DNA from: Gemmatimonadales bacterium
GTDB lineage: Bacteria; Gemmatimonadota; Gemmatimonadetes; Gemmatimonadales; GWC2-71-9
Assembly (NCBI GenBank): GCA_965249575.1
Contig: OZ252244.1
Span: forward strand, 576,001 to 640,000
DNA: 64,000 nucleotides
Direction: 5' to 3'
This document shows, in pieces, positions 12,001-21,565 of this stretch (position 1 is the first letter of the stretch; every line of letters begins with the position of its first letter). The notes under the pieces were generated by a model. The model made no database searches. It was not told where the DNA came from and saw only the letters and a program-made list of their open reading frames with translations. Position numbers and translations under genes: made by a program.

Positions 12001-12266
12001 TGGGGTTTCTGCCCATCGGTTTCCCTCCGATAGAGGGCGCCTTCTTCTTCGATGCGGGTCTCGCGTGGCGGGCAGGTGTGGACTTGGTGTGGGACCGTTC
12101 GACGGGTCAAGACCCCCGCGCGGTTCGGCAGCCGCTCAAGAGCTGGGGTTTTTCGGTGAGGGCCAATATTCTAGGCTTCGTGATCCTCCGCGCCGATTAC
12201 GCGAAGCCGCTCGATCGGAAAGGCCAGGGATCGTATTGGACTCTCAGCCTGGGCCCGACCTTCTAG
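9069..12266 (+). CDS. Outer-membrane protein: metallopeptidase-like domain + TolB/PD40 propellers + Omp85/BamA-type barrel
   Basis: Signal peptide then QYFGQNKVQY; HEIVH...EGMAEY; repeated (W)SPDG motifs; VRGY, ANAELRFP; terminal Phe. Start uncertain (9063/9069/9084). Confidence 0.8.
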   Translation: MLHRAMLVVGLAATLPGGVEAQYFGQNKVQYRHMDFSVIATEHFDIHYYDGHRQAAIDAARMAERAYARLSHILNHEYRQRQPIILYGSHTEFQQNNVTDIAEGTGGVTDPFRHRVMLPFTGSANDFEHVLQHEIVHQFQFDVFARGRIGAGIQRLISVNPPLWLMEGMAEYLSLGAIDANTAMWLRDAALEGRLPTIEQLTYDPRVFPYRFGHGLLAHIGSRWGDEAIGEILHAVAASGVEQGLQRALGMSLEELSEEWRTAVQRAYLPEIADRQRPREFGRPVLTRRRSSGTLHVSPALSPDGSEIAYFSEGKSFFVDLYVADAETGKVRRRLVKSAFSTDFESVRFLNSSGTWSRDGKYFAIAAKRGGRDDLVIFDMKRYRVHRRIEVPLAGLTNPSWSPDGTRLVFTGYDGGLSDLYIINVDGTGISRLTHDRFADLHPVWSPNGMTIAFATDRGDDSDLESLKFGSLKVALYSIRSGRIDVLPSMQGANSNPQWGPDGRTIAYLSDRTGVRNVFLHDLNEAVDYQLTDVFTGIAGITPLSPALSWAIEADRLAFSHYERGRYNVYAVDNPRSLRRQPYRNADPAPIVVASASQTTDAVARAASPPMQPANPDRPKRSLVAEAASYYRFSGGFRASEVVPADGRTEHPVSVMRLLDSANLALPDTNEFIFRTYAAKLSPDYVVRPTVGYARDNFGSGVFGGTAISLSDILGNHRMVLAGQVNGRIDEAQVLGAYANLSRRTNWAAGIQQDPIFFYSGSGFGSDAQGNPAFTTRLERFVVRQAFIEAFRPFNRFRRIEFGMKAVNVDRALQTFEEAYDPVSGLIYDARLDVQGLGSNSYIQPTIAMVFDNSLSLYVGPFAGRRSRFEYSPAYGQWRFHQFLGDYRRYDRLLGPFTLATRLLFFGRFGRDSEQFPLFLGRPELVRGYTAGSFRRNECRASSPATLSSCGALDQLSGSRVAVANAELRFPLLRQAALGFLPIGFPPIEGAFFFDAGLAWRAGVDLVWDRSTGQDPRAVRQPLKSWGFSVRANILGFVILRADYAKPLDRKGQGSYWTLSLGPTF

Positions 12267-12345
12267 CGCGGAGCGGCGGCTGACTCCCCCGCTCAGGGCC
12301 CTCATCCCGCTTGATTTGTCCCGCCGCCGCGCTAAGTATTCATTC

Positions 12346-13740
12346 GTGAGACGCTATGAATGGGTCGCCGCCACTCCCTTCCTTGCAGTCGTGCTCCTCG
12401 CTTGCGGTTCCACCCCCGCGTCCAATCCCGTCAGGGAAGCGTTCGCCGAGCGGCCGGCGGCGCGCGAGTACGGGACGCCGGTCGCCTTTCGTTTTCCGGT
12501 CTCCGCAAGGGGCTCCATCAGCGTCCACCTGCTACCAGGACTCCAGGAGTTGTCGTGGCGGCTCGAGGCGCCCGGGCTGGCAATCGACCGGGTGCCTGGG
12601 TTTAGCATGGACGAGGATGAGGTTTACCTCCTGAGCCCAGGGGGAGAACTCTTCGCGCTCGACCTCATGACTGGCCGTCCGAGAACCGTTGACACCGTTG
12701 TTTCGTTGGCGGCACTGGGACCCACCGGTACTCCACACCTCGTGCGGCTCGACAGAACGATCGCATCCGTCCAGAACCGCCGCCCTGTTTCGTGGACCGA
12801 TACACTCGCGGCTCATCCTGACGCAATCTGGGGCGCCGGGCGCGGCCGCCTCCTGGCCGAGGTTCGGGACGAAGAACGGTCAATGTTCGTGTTGAGCGCC
12901 AACCAGGAACCGGTCCGCATCGCTCTGCCGGACGGATTGCTTGCCACATCGATGTGGGGCGACGTGATCGCTATCGGCACCGATTCCGGGCCTCTCTTGA
13001 TCGATCCGGCCGCGGCGGCCGAGCCGGTCCACGTCCGAACCGAGCGGCCTGTTACGGCACTGGCCTTTTCACCATCGGCCCACCGCATCTACGTGATCGA
13101 GGCGGGTGGCCACCTGGCGGACGTCGACCGGTTCGGGGGACGAGTCCTCTCTCGCATTCAATTACCCGGCGAGGCGGATGCAATTCGGGCAGACCCGATG
13201 GGACGACTCCTCTTGGTCAAGCAGTCGTTCGCTGAGACGATCTGGATCGTGCGCATCACGGAGCTGTGCGTGGAGGCGTCGGTATCGGGTTCTTGGGCGG
13301 CGGACCTCCCCGCCGTGGCGACGGACGGCACGGTCCTGCTTCGCCAGGGTGATGATATCGTGGCCCTCGCGTTGGATTCGCTGCAACCGACCGGACGCGT
13401 GTCCGGGGGCGCAGGAGACCGCTGGCTGGCAGTGGCGTGGGACCCAAGGCGCCCGATTCTCGATTTAGCCGAAGGCGACGACGACGCCGAAGTGCTGACA
13501 GAGCTGGAAATCTACGTGCAGCTGAGCAGTACCAGTAACGAGGCGTGGGCCGAGGATGCCGCAAGGGGTCTCCGGCAAGCCGGCATGAACGCCACGGTCC
13601 TCAGGTCCGAATTCCCCGACGACGGGTACCGAGTCGTGCTCGGCCCCTATCCGACGCGCGAGGCGGCCGAAGATATCGGCCGAAAGCTCGGGCGACCGTA
13701 TTGGATCTTCACACGCGAAGCCGGCCCATCCGTGCCATGA
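12346..13740 (+). CDS. Lipoprotein with beta-propeller-like region and C-terminal SPOR domain
   Basis: Lipobox LLAC; IYVQLSS...YRVVLGPYPTREAAE; start uncertain (TTG 12316 or GTG 12346). Confidence 0.75.
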   Translation: MRRYEWVAATPFLAVVLLACGSTPASNPVREAFAERPAAREYGTPVAFRFPVSARGSISVHLLPGLQELSWRLEAPGLAIDRVPGFSMDEDEVYLLSPGGELFALDLMTGRPRTVDTVVSLAALGPTGTPHLVRLDRTIASVQNRRPVSWTDTLAAHPDAIWGAGRGRLLAEVRDEERSMFVLSANQEPVRIALPDGLLATSMWGDVIAIGTDSGPLLIDPAAAAEPVHVRTERPVTALAFSPSAHRIYVIEAGGHLADVDRFGGRVLSRIQLPGEADAIRADPMGRLLLVKQSFAETIWIVRITELCVEASVSGSWAADLPAVATDGTVLLRQGDDIVALALDSLQPTGRVSGGAGDRWLAVAWDPRRPILDLAEGDDDAEVLTELEIYVQLSSTSNEAWAEDAARGLRQAGMNATVLRSEFPDDGYRVVLGPYPTREAAEDIGRKLGRPYWIFTREAGPSVP

Positions 13741-15060
13741 CCACTCGGGAGCTGACCCGGGCCCAGCTCCCCAAACTCGCCTCCTGGCTTCTCGTGGACG
13801 CCAACACCGTGGTCCTCATCCCAGCAACGGAAGACGCCGGATGGGCAGCCAGCGCGGCCTGGGACTTCGCTCGGGCCGCGGTGTCGGGCGCACGGCGCGT
13901 CGTGTTGGTGGATCTGAGCGTCGAAGACCCAATGTTGGATCGCGGAGCCCGAACCAGCGGGCCCGAGGGCATCGTCGATGCCTTCATCTACGGCGCCTCC
14001 TTGAGTTACGTAGCTCAGGAGCAGGAAGTCCCGGGCCTCCACTATATCGGTGCCGGAACCCATCCGACGGACCCGACCGAGGTGTGGAACAGCCCTCGGT
14101 GGCCACGGCTTTCCCGGGGATTTGCCAGCGAAGGCGCGCTGTTGATCCTGTTCGCGCCCCCGGCCGCGCTATCGGAGCTCACCGTGGCCCCCGACGGGCT
14201 CGTCGTGTTAGCGCCCAACGGGTACGACGCCAGTCAGGGGCAGTACCCAGAGATCGCGGACAAGATCGCACGGGGGACGCCGCTGTTGGGCATCGTAGTG
14301 GATCAGCCTCGCTCGGACGAACCAGTGTCGATACTCGGTGAATCCTTTCGCCGGTCGCGACGGATCACCTTCGGCAGGGTAAACACCAGCACGGCGATCG
14401 TCGCCTCCGCGTTGCTCGTCGGGACCGGGCTCACCGCTGTCGCCCTCTTGCGGCAACCTGACGATCCCGTGCCAGCCGACACGGTGCCCTCCGTCGCGAC
14501 GCTCGAACCGACCGCGGACATCCCACCGGCAACACAACCGACTCCGCCGCCTCCGCCCCCGCCCCAGTCAGCACGGGAGCCCGATCCGGGCGACTCGCTG
14601 TTCTACTCCGTTCAGGTAGCGGCGTTTAACACACTCCCTCGAGCGATGTCGTACGTCAGCGAGCTCGAAGAGGAGCAGTGGGTCGCACTGGCAAGTCCAG
14701 TCCGCCTGGGACATATGGTACCGCGTCTTCGTTGGAACGTTCCCCAATTCGAGCGCGGCAGATTCGACGCTACGGGCCATGTGGCGGTCGAGGCTCCTCG
14801 ACCGCCCGCAGGGAACTATTCTTCGGACGCGCAATGCGTACTTGATCGGTGAAGGCATCACCGTGGACGCCGCACGCGACCGAGCCGAGGGGCTGCGTGC
14901 GAGCGGGATTCCGGCGTACATTGTAACGGTCCCAGGGGGAGAAGCGCGGATCTACCTCGGCGCCTTCGAGGGTCCGAACCAGGCGCGCGCTGCGGACTCA
15001 CTGCTCGCCTCCGCAAGCATCACCGCCACTCTCGTTCCACGGATGGGAATCGCCCGATGA
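13737..15060 (+). pseudogene. Degenerate BY-kinase/MinD-like domain + TM + Pro linker + two SPOR domains; frameshifted near 14710-14716
   Basis: RRVVLVDLS, GIVDAFIYGASL, GLHYIGAG; SPOR YSVQVAAF continues as WYRVFVGTF only in the +1 frame; second SPOR RIYLGAFE; stop overlaps the smc ATG. Confidence 0.72.
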
Positions 15061-18000
15061 GGCTGACGAAGCTCCACCTGGCGGGATTCAAATCGTTTGC
15101 CGACGCGGTCGTGCTCCAGGTCGACGATGGTGTGACGGCAGTGGTCGGCCCCAATGGGTGTGGGAAATCCAACATCTCCGACGCGGTTCGCTGGGTTCTG
15201 GGTGAGCAGCGCCCCCGGGTCCTTCGCGGTGCCCGGATGGACGAGATCATCTTTCAGGGATCCGCGAAGAGGCGGCCGCAGAATCTGGCGGAGGTTTCCC
15301 TTCATTTCGATAACAGCGGAGGGGTGCTTCCGGTCGGATACGCCGAGGTCGTCGTCACCAGACGACTCTCTCGGAGCGGGCAGAGTGAGTACCTAATCAA
15401 CCAGTCGCCGGTGCGCCTCCGCGACGTGCAGGATCTGCTGCGGGGCACGGGGATCGGCAGTGACGTCGGAGCGGTGATCGAAGCCCAAATGATCGATCGG
15501 CTGCTCTCGGAGCGGGCTGAGGAACGGCGATCGCTGTTCGAGGAAGCGGCAGGCATTGGGCTCTACCGCGATCGAAAGGTCGTCACCGAGCGGAGGCTGG
15601 AGCGCACGAGCGACGACCTCCAACGGCTGGACGATCTCATTCGGGAAGTGCAGACCCAGGTGCGGTCGCTCGCCAGACAGCGGGGGCGGGCCGAGCGCCA
15701 TTCGAAGTTCACGGCGGAGCGGTTCAGCGTGGTCGCCACGCTGGTACGCCGCGACCTGTCCGATTTGGACACCCTAGAGGAAGGCCTTGCCGCGCAACGT
15801 GCCGAACTCGCCCGCAGACTGCCCCTGGCCCAGCAGGCGATCACCGCCGCGGAACGTGAACGCGAAGCGAAAAACCAGTCACGAATGACCGCGGAGGCCA
15901 AGCGCACGGAGTTGGAGCGCCGCCTGGCTCAAACGCGCGTTGACATTGGCAAGGTCGAGGGCGATCTCCACGTAGCCGAGGAGCGACTGCGCAACGCCGC
16001 CGACCGGCGGGCCCGTGCGCAACGCGAGTCCGAGGAGGCGGCGGCCCGGGCGGCGCAGGCTGGGCGCGAGCGAGATGCGGCGGCCGATGAGCGGCGCGCA
16101 GCCGAGAGCGCGCGCCAATCGCTGCAAACGGAGCTCGACCTTCGATCGGTCGGTGAGGACGAGGCGGAAAGCCGGCTTGGCAATGAGCGGAGTCTCGCGC
16201 GGGAAGCCGAGCACGCCATGCAACAGCTCGTGGAATCCGTCCGCGCTCTTGCGGGTGAGCAAACAGCCATCCAACAGGATCTGCACGATCTCGACGAGCA
16301 AGCCGCCGACGTCGCGCAACGGCAGGAGGAGACAGAGCTCGAGTGGGTCGCCGCTCGCGACCGAGTTGAGGAGATTCGCGGCGAGCTGGTCGGGAAAGAA
16401 CGCGAGGTGCACGAGGCGGCAGCCGACCTCGAGCGTGCTCGGCATGCACTGGCGTCCGCACGGGAACATGAAGCGGCCGTCGGCCTCGAGCGCCGCGCCG
16501 CCGAGGAAGCGCTGGCGCAACTCACAGCACGCCGGAGAGTACTGGAAGAGTTGGAGCGGGATCGCGCCGGGCTAGCCCCCGCGGCCCGCCGGCTCCTCGA
16601 GGCGCGGCTGGAGTTCGGGGAGGGAAACTTGCTCGGTCCGCTGAGCGACTTCCTGCATACGCAACGCGCGGATCCGTCACTCGTCGAGCGCCTCTTGGGT
16701 GACTGGTTGCACGCAGTATTGGTGCGGGATGAAGCAACTGCCCGCGCCATCGAGGACTGGCATCGGCACACTCAGCCGGGTCTCCTCGCCCTCCTTCCGA
16801 CGAGTCCCGGCCCCCCCAACGATCCCCAAGGGCGCGCGAACGCGGCTCGGCTCGGGATCACCGCCACGGAACCCGCCGACCGCTGGCTGGCTGCGCTCCT
16901 CGCCGGTGACGAAGCAATTGATGATGAGGGCAACGCAATTCGCAGGTCGAACGGCGCCATCTTCCTGGCTGGGAGCGAACGGGGAGATGGACCGTTGCTC
17001 CGGCGCGCGGAACTCGAGTCTCTAGGCACCCAGCTGGCCGAGGCGCGGCAGGGTCTCACGACCCTGGAGCAGAAAGCGAGTGAAGCTGGGCGCGTGCATC
17101 GGGAGGCGGAGGCCGCACAGGCGGCCGCGGGGGGGCGGGCGGAGCGGGCGCGCTCAGTGCAGCGTGAGACCTTGGGTACAGCGGATGACGCCGAGCGGGC
17201 CCTGCAACGAGCGGAGCGGGAGCGAAACGAGGCCCAGGGCACGCTGACACGGATCAACCATCGAATTGACGAGCGGAACCGACGCCTCCAGGAGATCGGC
17301 GAAGGGGAGCGCAACGCGGAACGCAACCGGCAGCAGATCGAATCCGAGCTAGCCACGCGCCAAGCGGCCCTCTTGGAGTTCGAAGCCGCGAAGGAGGCCG
17401 CCCGCGAACGCCGGGTGCACTGGCAGGTTGAGGAGGCGCAGGTTTCCGCCCGGGAGAGCGCCGCGAGAGCGCAGGAGCAACGAGCCGGGGAGATCGTCGC
17501 GGCCGCCCGCGATGCGATCGCGTCCCTGGAGGCCGAGATTGCCACGATCGACCGCGAACGCGAAGAGTTGACGGCCCGGAACGCCGAGTGGAGTGACCAA
17601 CTCGCAGAACGGAGACTCTCGATTCAGCAGATGGAACGCGCGGTGGCGGATGCGGAGAATACGCTGACTCGTGATGGCGAGGAGCTGGGCAAGGCCGACA
17701 CCGCGGTGGAGAACGTGCGTACCGAGGCGGCGTCGCTGAACGAGCGATCCCACAAGGTCGAATTACAAGAAGCCGAACTGTCGGGACAGCGGCGGGTGCT
17801 CGTCGAGCGGTTCGAAGCAGAATGGCACCGATCGATCGACTCGCTTGGCGAGGACACACCTATCGTCGACGGGGATGAGTCCGTCCTTCGGGAACAAGCC
17901 GACCACCTGGCGCGAGAGCTTGAGCGGATCGGCCCCGTCAATCCGTTGGCGGTCGAAGAGCACGCTGAGGAAGTCAAACGACTGGATTTTCTGACCGACC

Positions 18001-18536
18001 AGCGCGACGACCTCGTGCGGGCTCGAGACGCACTCCTGGAAGCGATTCGGGAAATCGATACGACGGCGCGCGGCATGTTCCTCGAGACGTTCGACGCAAT
18101 TCGCGCTAACTTCCACTCCGTGTTTCAGGCGCTGTTCGAGGGTGGGGATTGTGACGTCCGATTGACCGATCCTGAGGACCCGCTTGGGAGTACGATCGAG
18201 ATCCACGCGGCCCCCAGAGGAAAGCGCACCCAGCGCATCCACCTGCTGTCCTCGGGCGAGCGGGCGCTCGTCGCGATCTCTCTCCTGTTCTCGATCTACC
18301 TCACGAAGCCCAACCCCTTCTGTTTGCTCGACGAGGTGGACGCACCACTTGACGACGCCAACGTTGCCCGGTTCGTGCGCTTGCTCGACGAGTTCAAGGC
18401 AGATACTCAGTTCGTCGTGATCACGCACAACCCTCGCACCATGCAGGTTGCAGACGCCGTGTACGGCGTAACGATGCAGGAGCCGGGAGTCTCCACCATC
18501 GTCGGGGTCCGGCTGGGTCAAGTCGAGCCCGTCTGA
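15057..18536 (+). CDS. smc: Chromosome segregation protein SMC
   Basis: FKSF, GPNGCGKSN, long coiled coils, LSSGE, LLDEVDAPLD, VITHN. Confidence 0.97.
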   Translation: MRLTKLHLAGFKSFADAVVLQVDDGVTAVVGPNGCGKSNISDAVRWVLGEQRPRVLRGARMDEIIFQGSAKRRPQNLAEVSLHFDNSGGVLPVGYAEVVVTRRLSRSGQSEYLINQSPVRLRDVQDLLRGTGIGSDVGAVIEAQMIDRLLSERAEERRSLFEEAAGIGLYRDRKVVTERRLERTSDDLQRLDDLIREVQTQVRSLARQRGRAERHSKFTAERFSVVATLVRRDLSDLDTLEEGLAAQRAELARRLPLAQQAITAAEREREAKNQSRMTAEAKRTELERRLAQTRVDIGKVEGDLHVAEERLRNAADRRARAQRESEEAAARAAQAGRERDAAADERRAAESARQSLQTELDLRSVGEDEAESRLGNERSLAREAEHAMQQLVESVRALAGEQTAIQQDLHDLDEQAADVAQRQEETELEWVAARDRVEEIRGELVGKEREVHEAAADLERARHALASAREHEAAVGLERRAAEEALAQLTARRRVLEELERDRAGLAPAARRLLEARLEFGEGNLLGPLSDFLHTQRADPSLVERLLGDWLHAVLVRDEATARAIEDWHRHTQPGLLALLPTSPGPPNDPQGRANAARLGITATEPADRWLAALLAGDEAIDDEGNAIRRSNGAIFLAGSERGDGPLLRRAELESLGTQLAEARQGLTTLEQKASEAGRVHREAEAAQAAAGGRAERARSVQRETLGTADDAERALQRAERERNEAQGTLTRINHRIDERNRRLQEIGEGERNAERNRQQIESELATRQAALLEFEAAKEAARERRVHWQVEEAQVSARESAARAQEQRAGEIVAAARDAIASLEAEIATIDREREELTARNAEWSDQLAERRLSIQQMERAVADAENTLTRDGEELGKADTAVENVRTEAASLNERSHKVELQEAELSGQRRVLVERFEAEWHRSIDSLGEDTPIVDGDESVLREQADHLARELERIGPVNPLAVEEHAEEVKRLDFLTDQRDDLVRARDALLEAIREIDTTARGMFLETFDAIRANFHSVFQALFEGGDCDVRLTDPEDPLGSTIEIHAAPRGKRTQRIHLLSSGERALVAISLLFSIYLTKPNPFCLLDEVDAPLDDANVARFVRLLDEFKADTQFVVITHNPRTMQVADAVYGVTMQEPGVSTIVGVRLGQVEPV

Positions 18537-20801
18537 GTGATTCGTCGCTGCGCGCTCGTGCTGCTGGTGTGGTGCGCGCCTGCCGCGACAGTCGCCGGAC
18601 AGCAGCCCACCGTATCACCGTCGCTCGAGCGCGTGTTCGACCGTGATACCACAATAGGCGTATGGCTCTTCGCGAGCCCCCAGTATCGCCTCCGCGACAT
18701 CCGAACCCTGGTGCAGAGCCTCGGCGGTCAGATCCGGCGGGAGAGCCGTTGGTTACACGCCGTGTCGGCTGACCTCGCTGCCCGGGCCATCCGAGCGGCT
18801 GCCGGGCGCCCGGAGTTCACGCGCATCCAGCCCGTGCGCCGATTCGTGAGCCCGCCCGTGTTCCCACCGAGGTATCTGCACCCCGCGAGTCGCCCCGCGG
18901 TCCCGCACCAAGACTCGACCTTCGGCCCGTCGGCGATGCCCGTTCGGGTGCTCAATCTCGCACCTCTGGTCGACCGTGGCTTCCGCGGACGGGGGATCAA
19001 GATCGCGGTGCTCGATACCGGATTCGAAACCGAGCTCGCGGCCTTCTCGGGAACGGCCGTCGTCGCGCAGCGCGACTTCGTGTCCGGCGACTCGATAGTA
19101 CGGGATCAGCCGGGCATCGACACGCTTCCGAGTTCCGGGCACGGCACCGCGACCTGGTCGCTGCTAGCTGCCAACGTCACGGGATCGCTCATCGGGATCG
19201 CTCCCGATGCGGACTATATCCTGGCCAAGACGGAGGAGGTCGGCCGGGAACGCCGTCTCGAAGAGGACAACTACGTCGCCGCACTCGAATGGGCGGATTC
19301 CCTCGGTGCACACGTCGTCTCATCGAGTCTTGGCTATCTCACGTTCGACGGCGGAAGCGGCTACACGCCCGCTGACTTGGACGGCGATGTCGCGGTCACC
19401 ACTGTCGCTGCCGACATGGCGGCTGCGCGCGGAATCGCGGTCGTCACTGCGGCCGGAAACGAGGGTCTCGCCGGACCCGGGAGCTTAACTTCCCCGGCGG
19501 ACGGCGACTCTGTGATCGCCGTCGGCGCGACGGATTCCGCTGGCGTCCTCGCGGCCTTTAGCTCCAGGGGCCCGACAGCGGACGGCCGTATCAAACCGGA
19601 CCTGACGGCACCTGGCGTGAACGTCTTCGCACTGTCGCCCGGCGGATTCGTGCGCGTCAATGGCACGTCGTTCAGCACACCACTGATTGCCGGCTCCGTG
19701 GCGTTATTGCGGGAGAGCCAGCCGACCCTCGGGCCAATCGATCTGAGGAACGCCCTCACCCAATGGGGGTCCAACGCCGGAGCCCCGAACTCGGACCTCG
19801 GATGGGGAACTCCCGACGTGGCATTGGCGGCGATCTTCCCACGCGGAGTCGCGGTAACTCAGCCCATCGACTCCGTGCTCGCGAGCGTGACACCGACAAT
19901 CCAGTGGTCGGCCGCGGACGTGCCAGCCTTCGCCATGCCCGTGACCTACCGCCTCCGAGTAGGGACCGATACGTCGCTAGCCGCCCTGCTCGTCGACACC
20001 AGCCTGACGATGAATCGTGTCGCGTTGGCGCAGCCCCTCGTGCCCGGAGCGACACTCGCCTTTCAACTCACGGCTACGGCGGCCGATTCCACCGCCGTTA
20101 CGCTTCCCGTGAGTCGCCAATTTCGAGCGCCGCCCTGGGCGCGGCTGGCTCAGTTGGACGACCCAGCCGGCAACACGATTCGCGACCTACGACCCGTATT
20201 CTCCTGGACCTCACCAGACGTGGATGCGCCACCCGGACCGTTTACCTACGGCATCGAAGTATTTCGTGACGACAATGGAGCAGTGGACGCCGCAGGAAAC
20301 GGCTTGACCCAAGCGCACTTCACACCCTCGGAGGACCTCGATCGCAATACCCCCTACCGATGGCGTGTGACCGCTAGACTCGAGGGCAATTCCGCTGTCA
20401 CGGAGAGCCGTGGCACGTTCGTTATCATCGACGACAGCGCCCCTCCGGTCACGTTGCTCTTTCAGAACTTTCCGAACCCCTTTCCGGACCGCTTAACGGG
20501 ACGCACGGCCACCTGCATCTGGTTTGACCTTTCCGCGAGTGGCCGCGTGGAGCTACACATCCTGGACCTCCGAGGCCACCTGGTTCGAGACCTGACGCCC
20601 GGGGGACGGGGCTCGATTCTCCCTCCTGGGCGATACGGCCGACCTGCCACCGGCGCCCCTGGCCGCTGCGATAGCAGCCTCGAATGGGACGGGACGAGCG
20701 ACGCCGGCCGGCCGGTACCCCAGGGTGTGTACATCGTCAAGCTTCGGGCTCCGGCGGGGACGTTCTTCAAGCGGATCGTCTATCTCGGCTCGGATCGCTA
20801 A
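18537..20801 (+). CDS. Secreted S8 subtilase with Fn3-like region and FlgD-Ig/sorting-type C-terminal domain
   Basis: VLDTG, HGTAT, AAGNEG, GTSFS; C-terminal FQNFPNPF...WDG...GVYIVKL. Confidence 0.88.
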   Translation: MIRRCALVLLVWCAPAATVAGQQPTVSPSLERVFDRDTTIGVWLFASPQYRLRDIRTLVQSLGGQIRRESRWLHAVSADLAARAIRAAAGRPEFTRIQPVRRFVSPPVFPPRYLHPASRPAVPHQDSTFGPSAMPVRVLNLAPLVDRGFRGRGIKIAVLDTGFETELAAFSGTAVVAQRDFVSGDSIVRDQPGIDTLPSSGHGTATWSLLAANVTGSLIGIAPDADYILAKTEEVGRERRLEEDNYVAALEWADSLGAHVVSSSLGYLTFDGGSGYTPADLDGDVAVTTVAADMAAARGIAVVTAAGNEGLAGPGSLTSPADGDSVIAVGATDSAGVLAAFSSRGPTADGRIKPDLTAPGVNVFALSPGGFVRVNGTSFSTPLIAGSVALLRESQPTLGPIDLRNALTQWGSNAGAPNSDLGWGTPDVALAAIFPRGVAVTQPIDSVLASVTPTIQWSAADVPAFAMPVTYRLRVGTDTSLAALLVDTSLTMNRVALAQPLVPGATLAFQLTATAADSTAVTLPVSRQFRAPPWARLAQLDDPAGNTIRDLRPVFSWTSPDVDAPPGPFTYGIEVFRDDNGAVDAAGNGLTQAHFTPSEDLDRNTPYRWRVTARLEGNSAVTESRGTFVIIDDSAPPVTLLFQNFPNPFPDRLTGRTATCIWFDLSASGRVELHILDLRGHLVRDLTPGGRGSILPPGRYGRPATGAPGRCDSSLEWDGTSDAGRPVPQGVYIVKLRAPAGTFFKRIVYLGSDR

Positions 20802-20803
20802 CC

Positions 20804-21565
20804 ATGGAGCTCACGGTCCTCGGCAGCGGCACCGTGGCGCCCTCGGCGACCCGAACCGCGGCCAGCCATTGGGTTTCGACTGGCCCAGTCAACCTGCTCC
20901 TCGACTGTGGAGCAGGGACCCTCCATCGAGCCGCCGCACACGTCCCGTGGTCAGCCGTGACCCATGTGGCGATCACCCACTTTCACCCAGACCACTGGGG
21001 CGAGCTGCCCATGCTGCTCTTCGCCCTGCGGTGGGGAATCGATCCGCCGCGGTCCGCCCCGCTCACCCTGATCGGCCCGGGCGGGTTCCGGTCCCGCCTG
21101 ACGCTGATGGCCGCAGCCCTTGGCGACTGGGTACTCGAGCCAGGCTATCCGCTCGCGATTGACGAGATCGCCCACGGTGGGACCCTTGCTCTCGACAGCG
21201 GCGTCGTTCTCGAAGCGCACCGCACTCCCCACACCGAGGAGAGCCTCGCCTATGCCGTGCGGGACGGGCACCGTCGTCTGGTGTATACAGGAGACACGGG
21301 CCCGGACCAGGATCTCGCACACTGGGCGGGCGACTGCGATCTGCTGTTGGCGGAGTGCTCGCTACCCGACGACCGCGGAATCGCAATACATTTATCGCCG
21401 ACCCGGGCGGGCGATCTCGCGCGCATCGCCGGCGCGCGGCGTCTCGTGCTGACGCACTTCTACCCGCAAGTCGAGTCTGCTGACCCGGCAGGCACAGCGC
21501 GACGGGTGTTCGCGGGCGAGGTGCAGGCAGCCAGTGACGGCGACCGTTTCACGATAGGGGAGTAA
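20804..21565 (+). CDS. MBL-fold metallo-hydrolase (RNase Z-like)
   Basis: LTVLGSG, LLDCG, THFHPDH, YTGDTG, LTHFYP. Confidence 0.88.
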   Translation: MELTVLGSGTVAPSATRTAASHWVSTGPVNLLLDCGAGTLHRAAAHVPWSAVTHVAITHFHPDHWGELPMLLFALRWGIDPPRSAPLTLIGPGGFRSRLTLMAAALGDWVLEPGYPLAIDEIAHGGTLALDSGVVLEAHRTPHTEESLAYAVRDGHRRLVYTGDTGPDQDLAHWAGDCDLLLAECSLPDDRGIAIHLSPTRAGDLARIAGARRLVLTHFYPQVESADPAGTARRVFAGEVQAASDGDRFTIGE

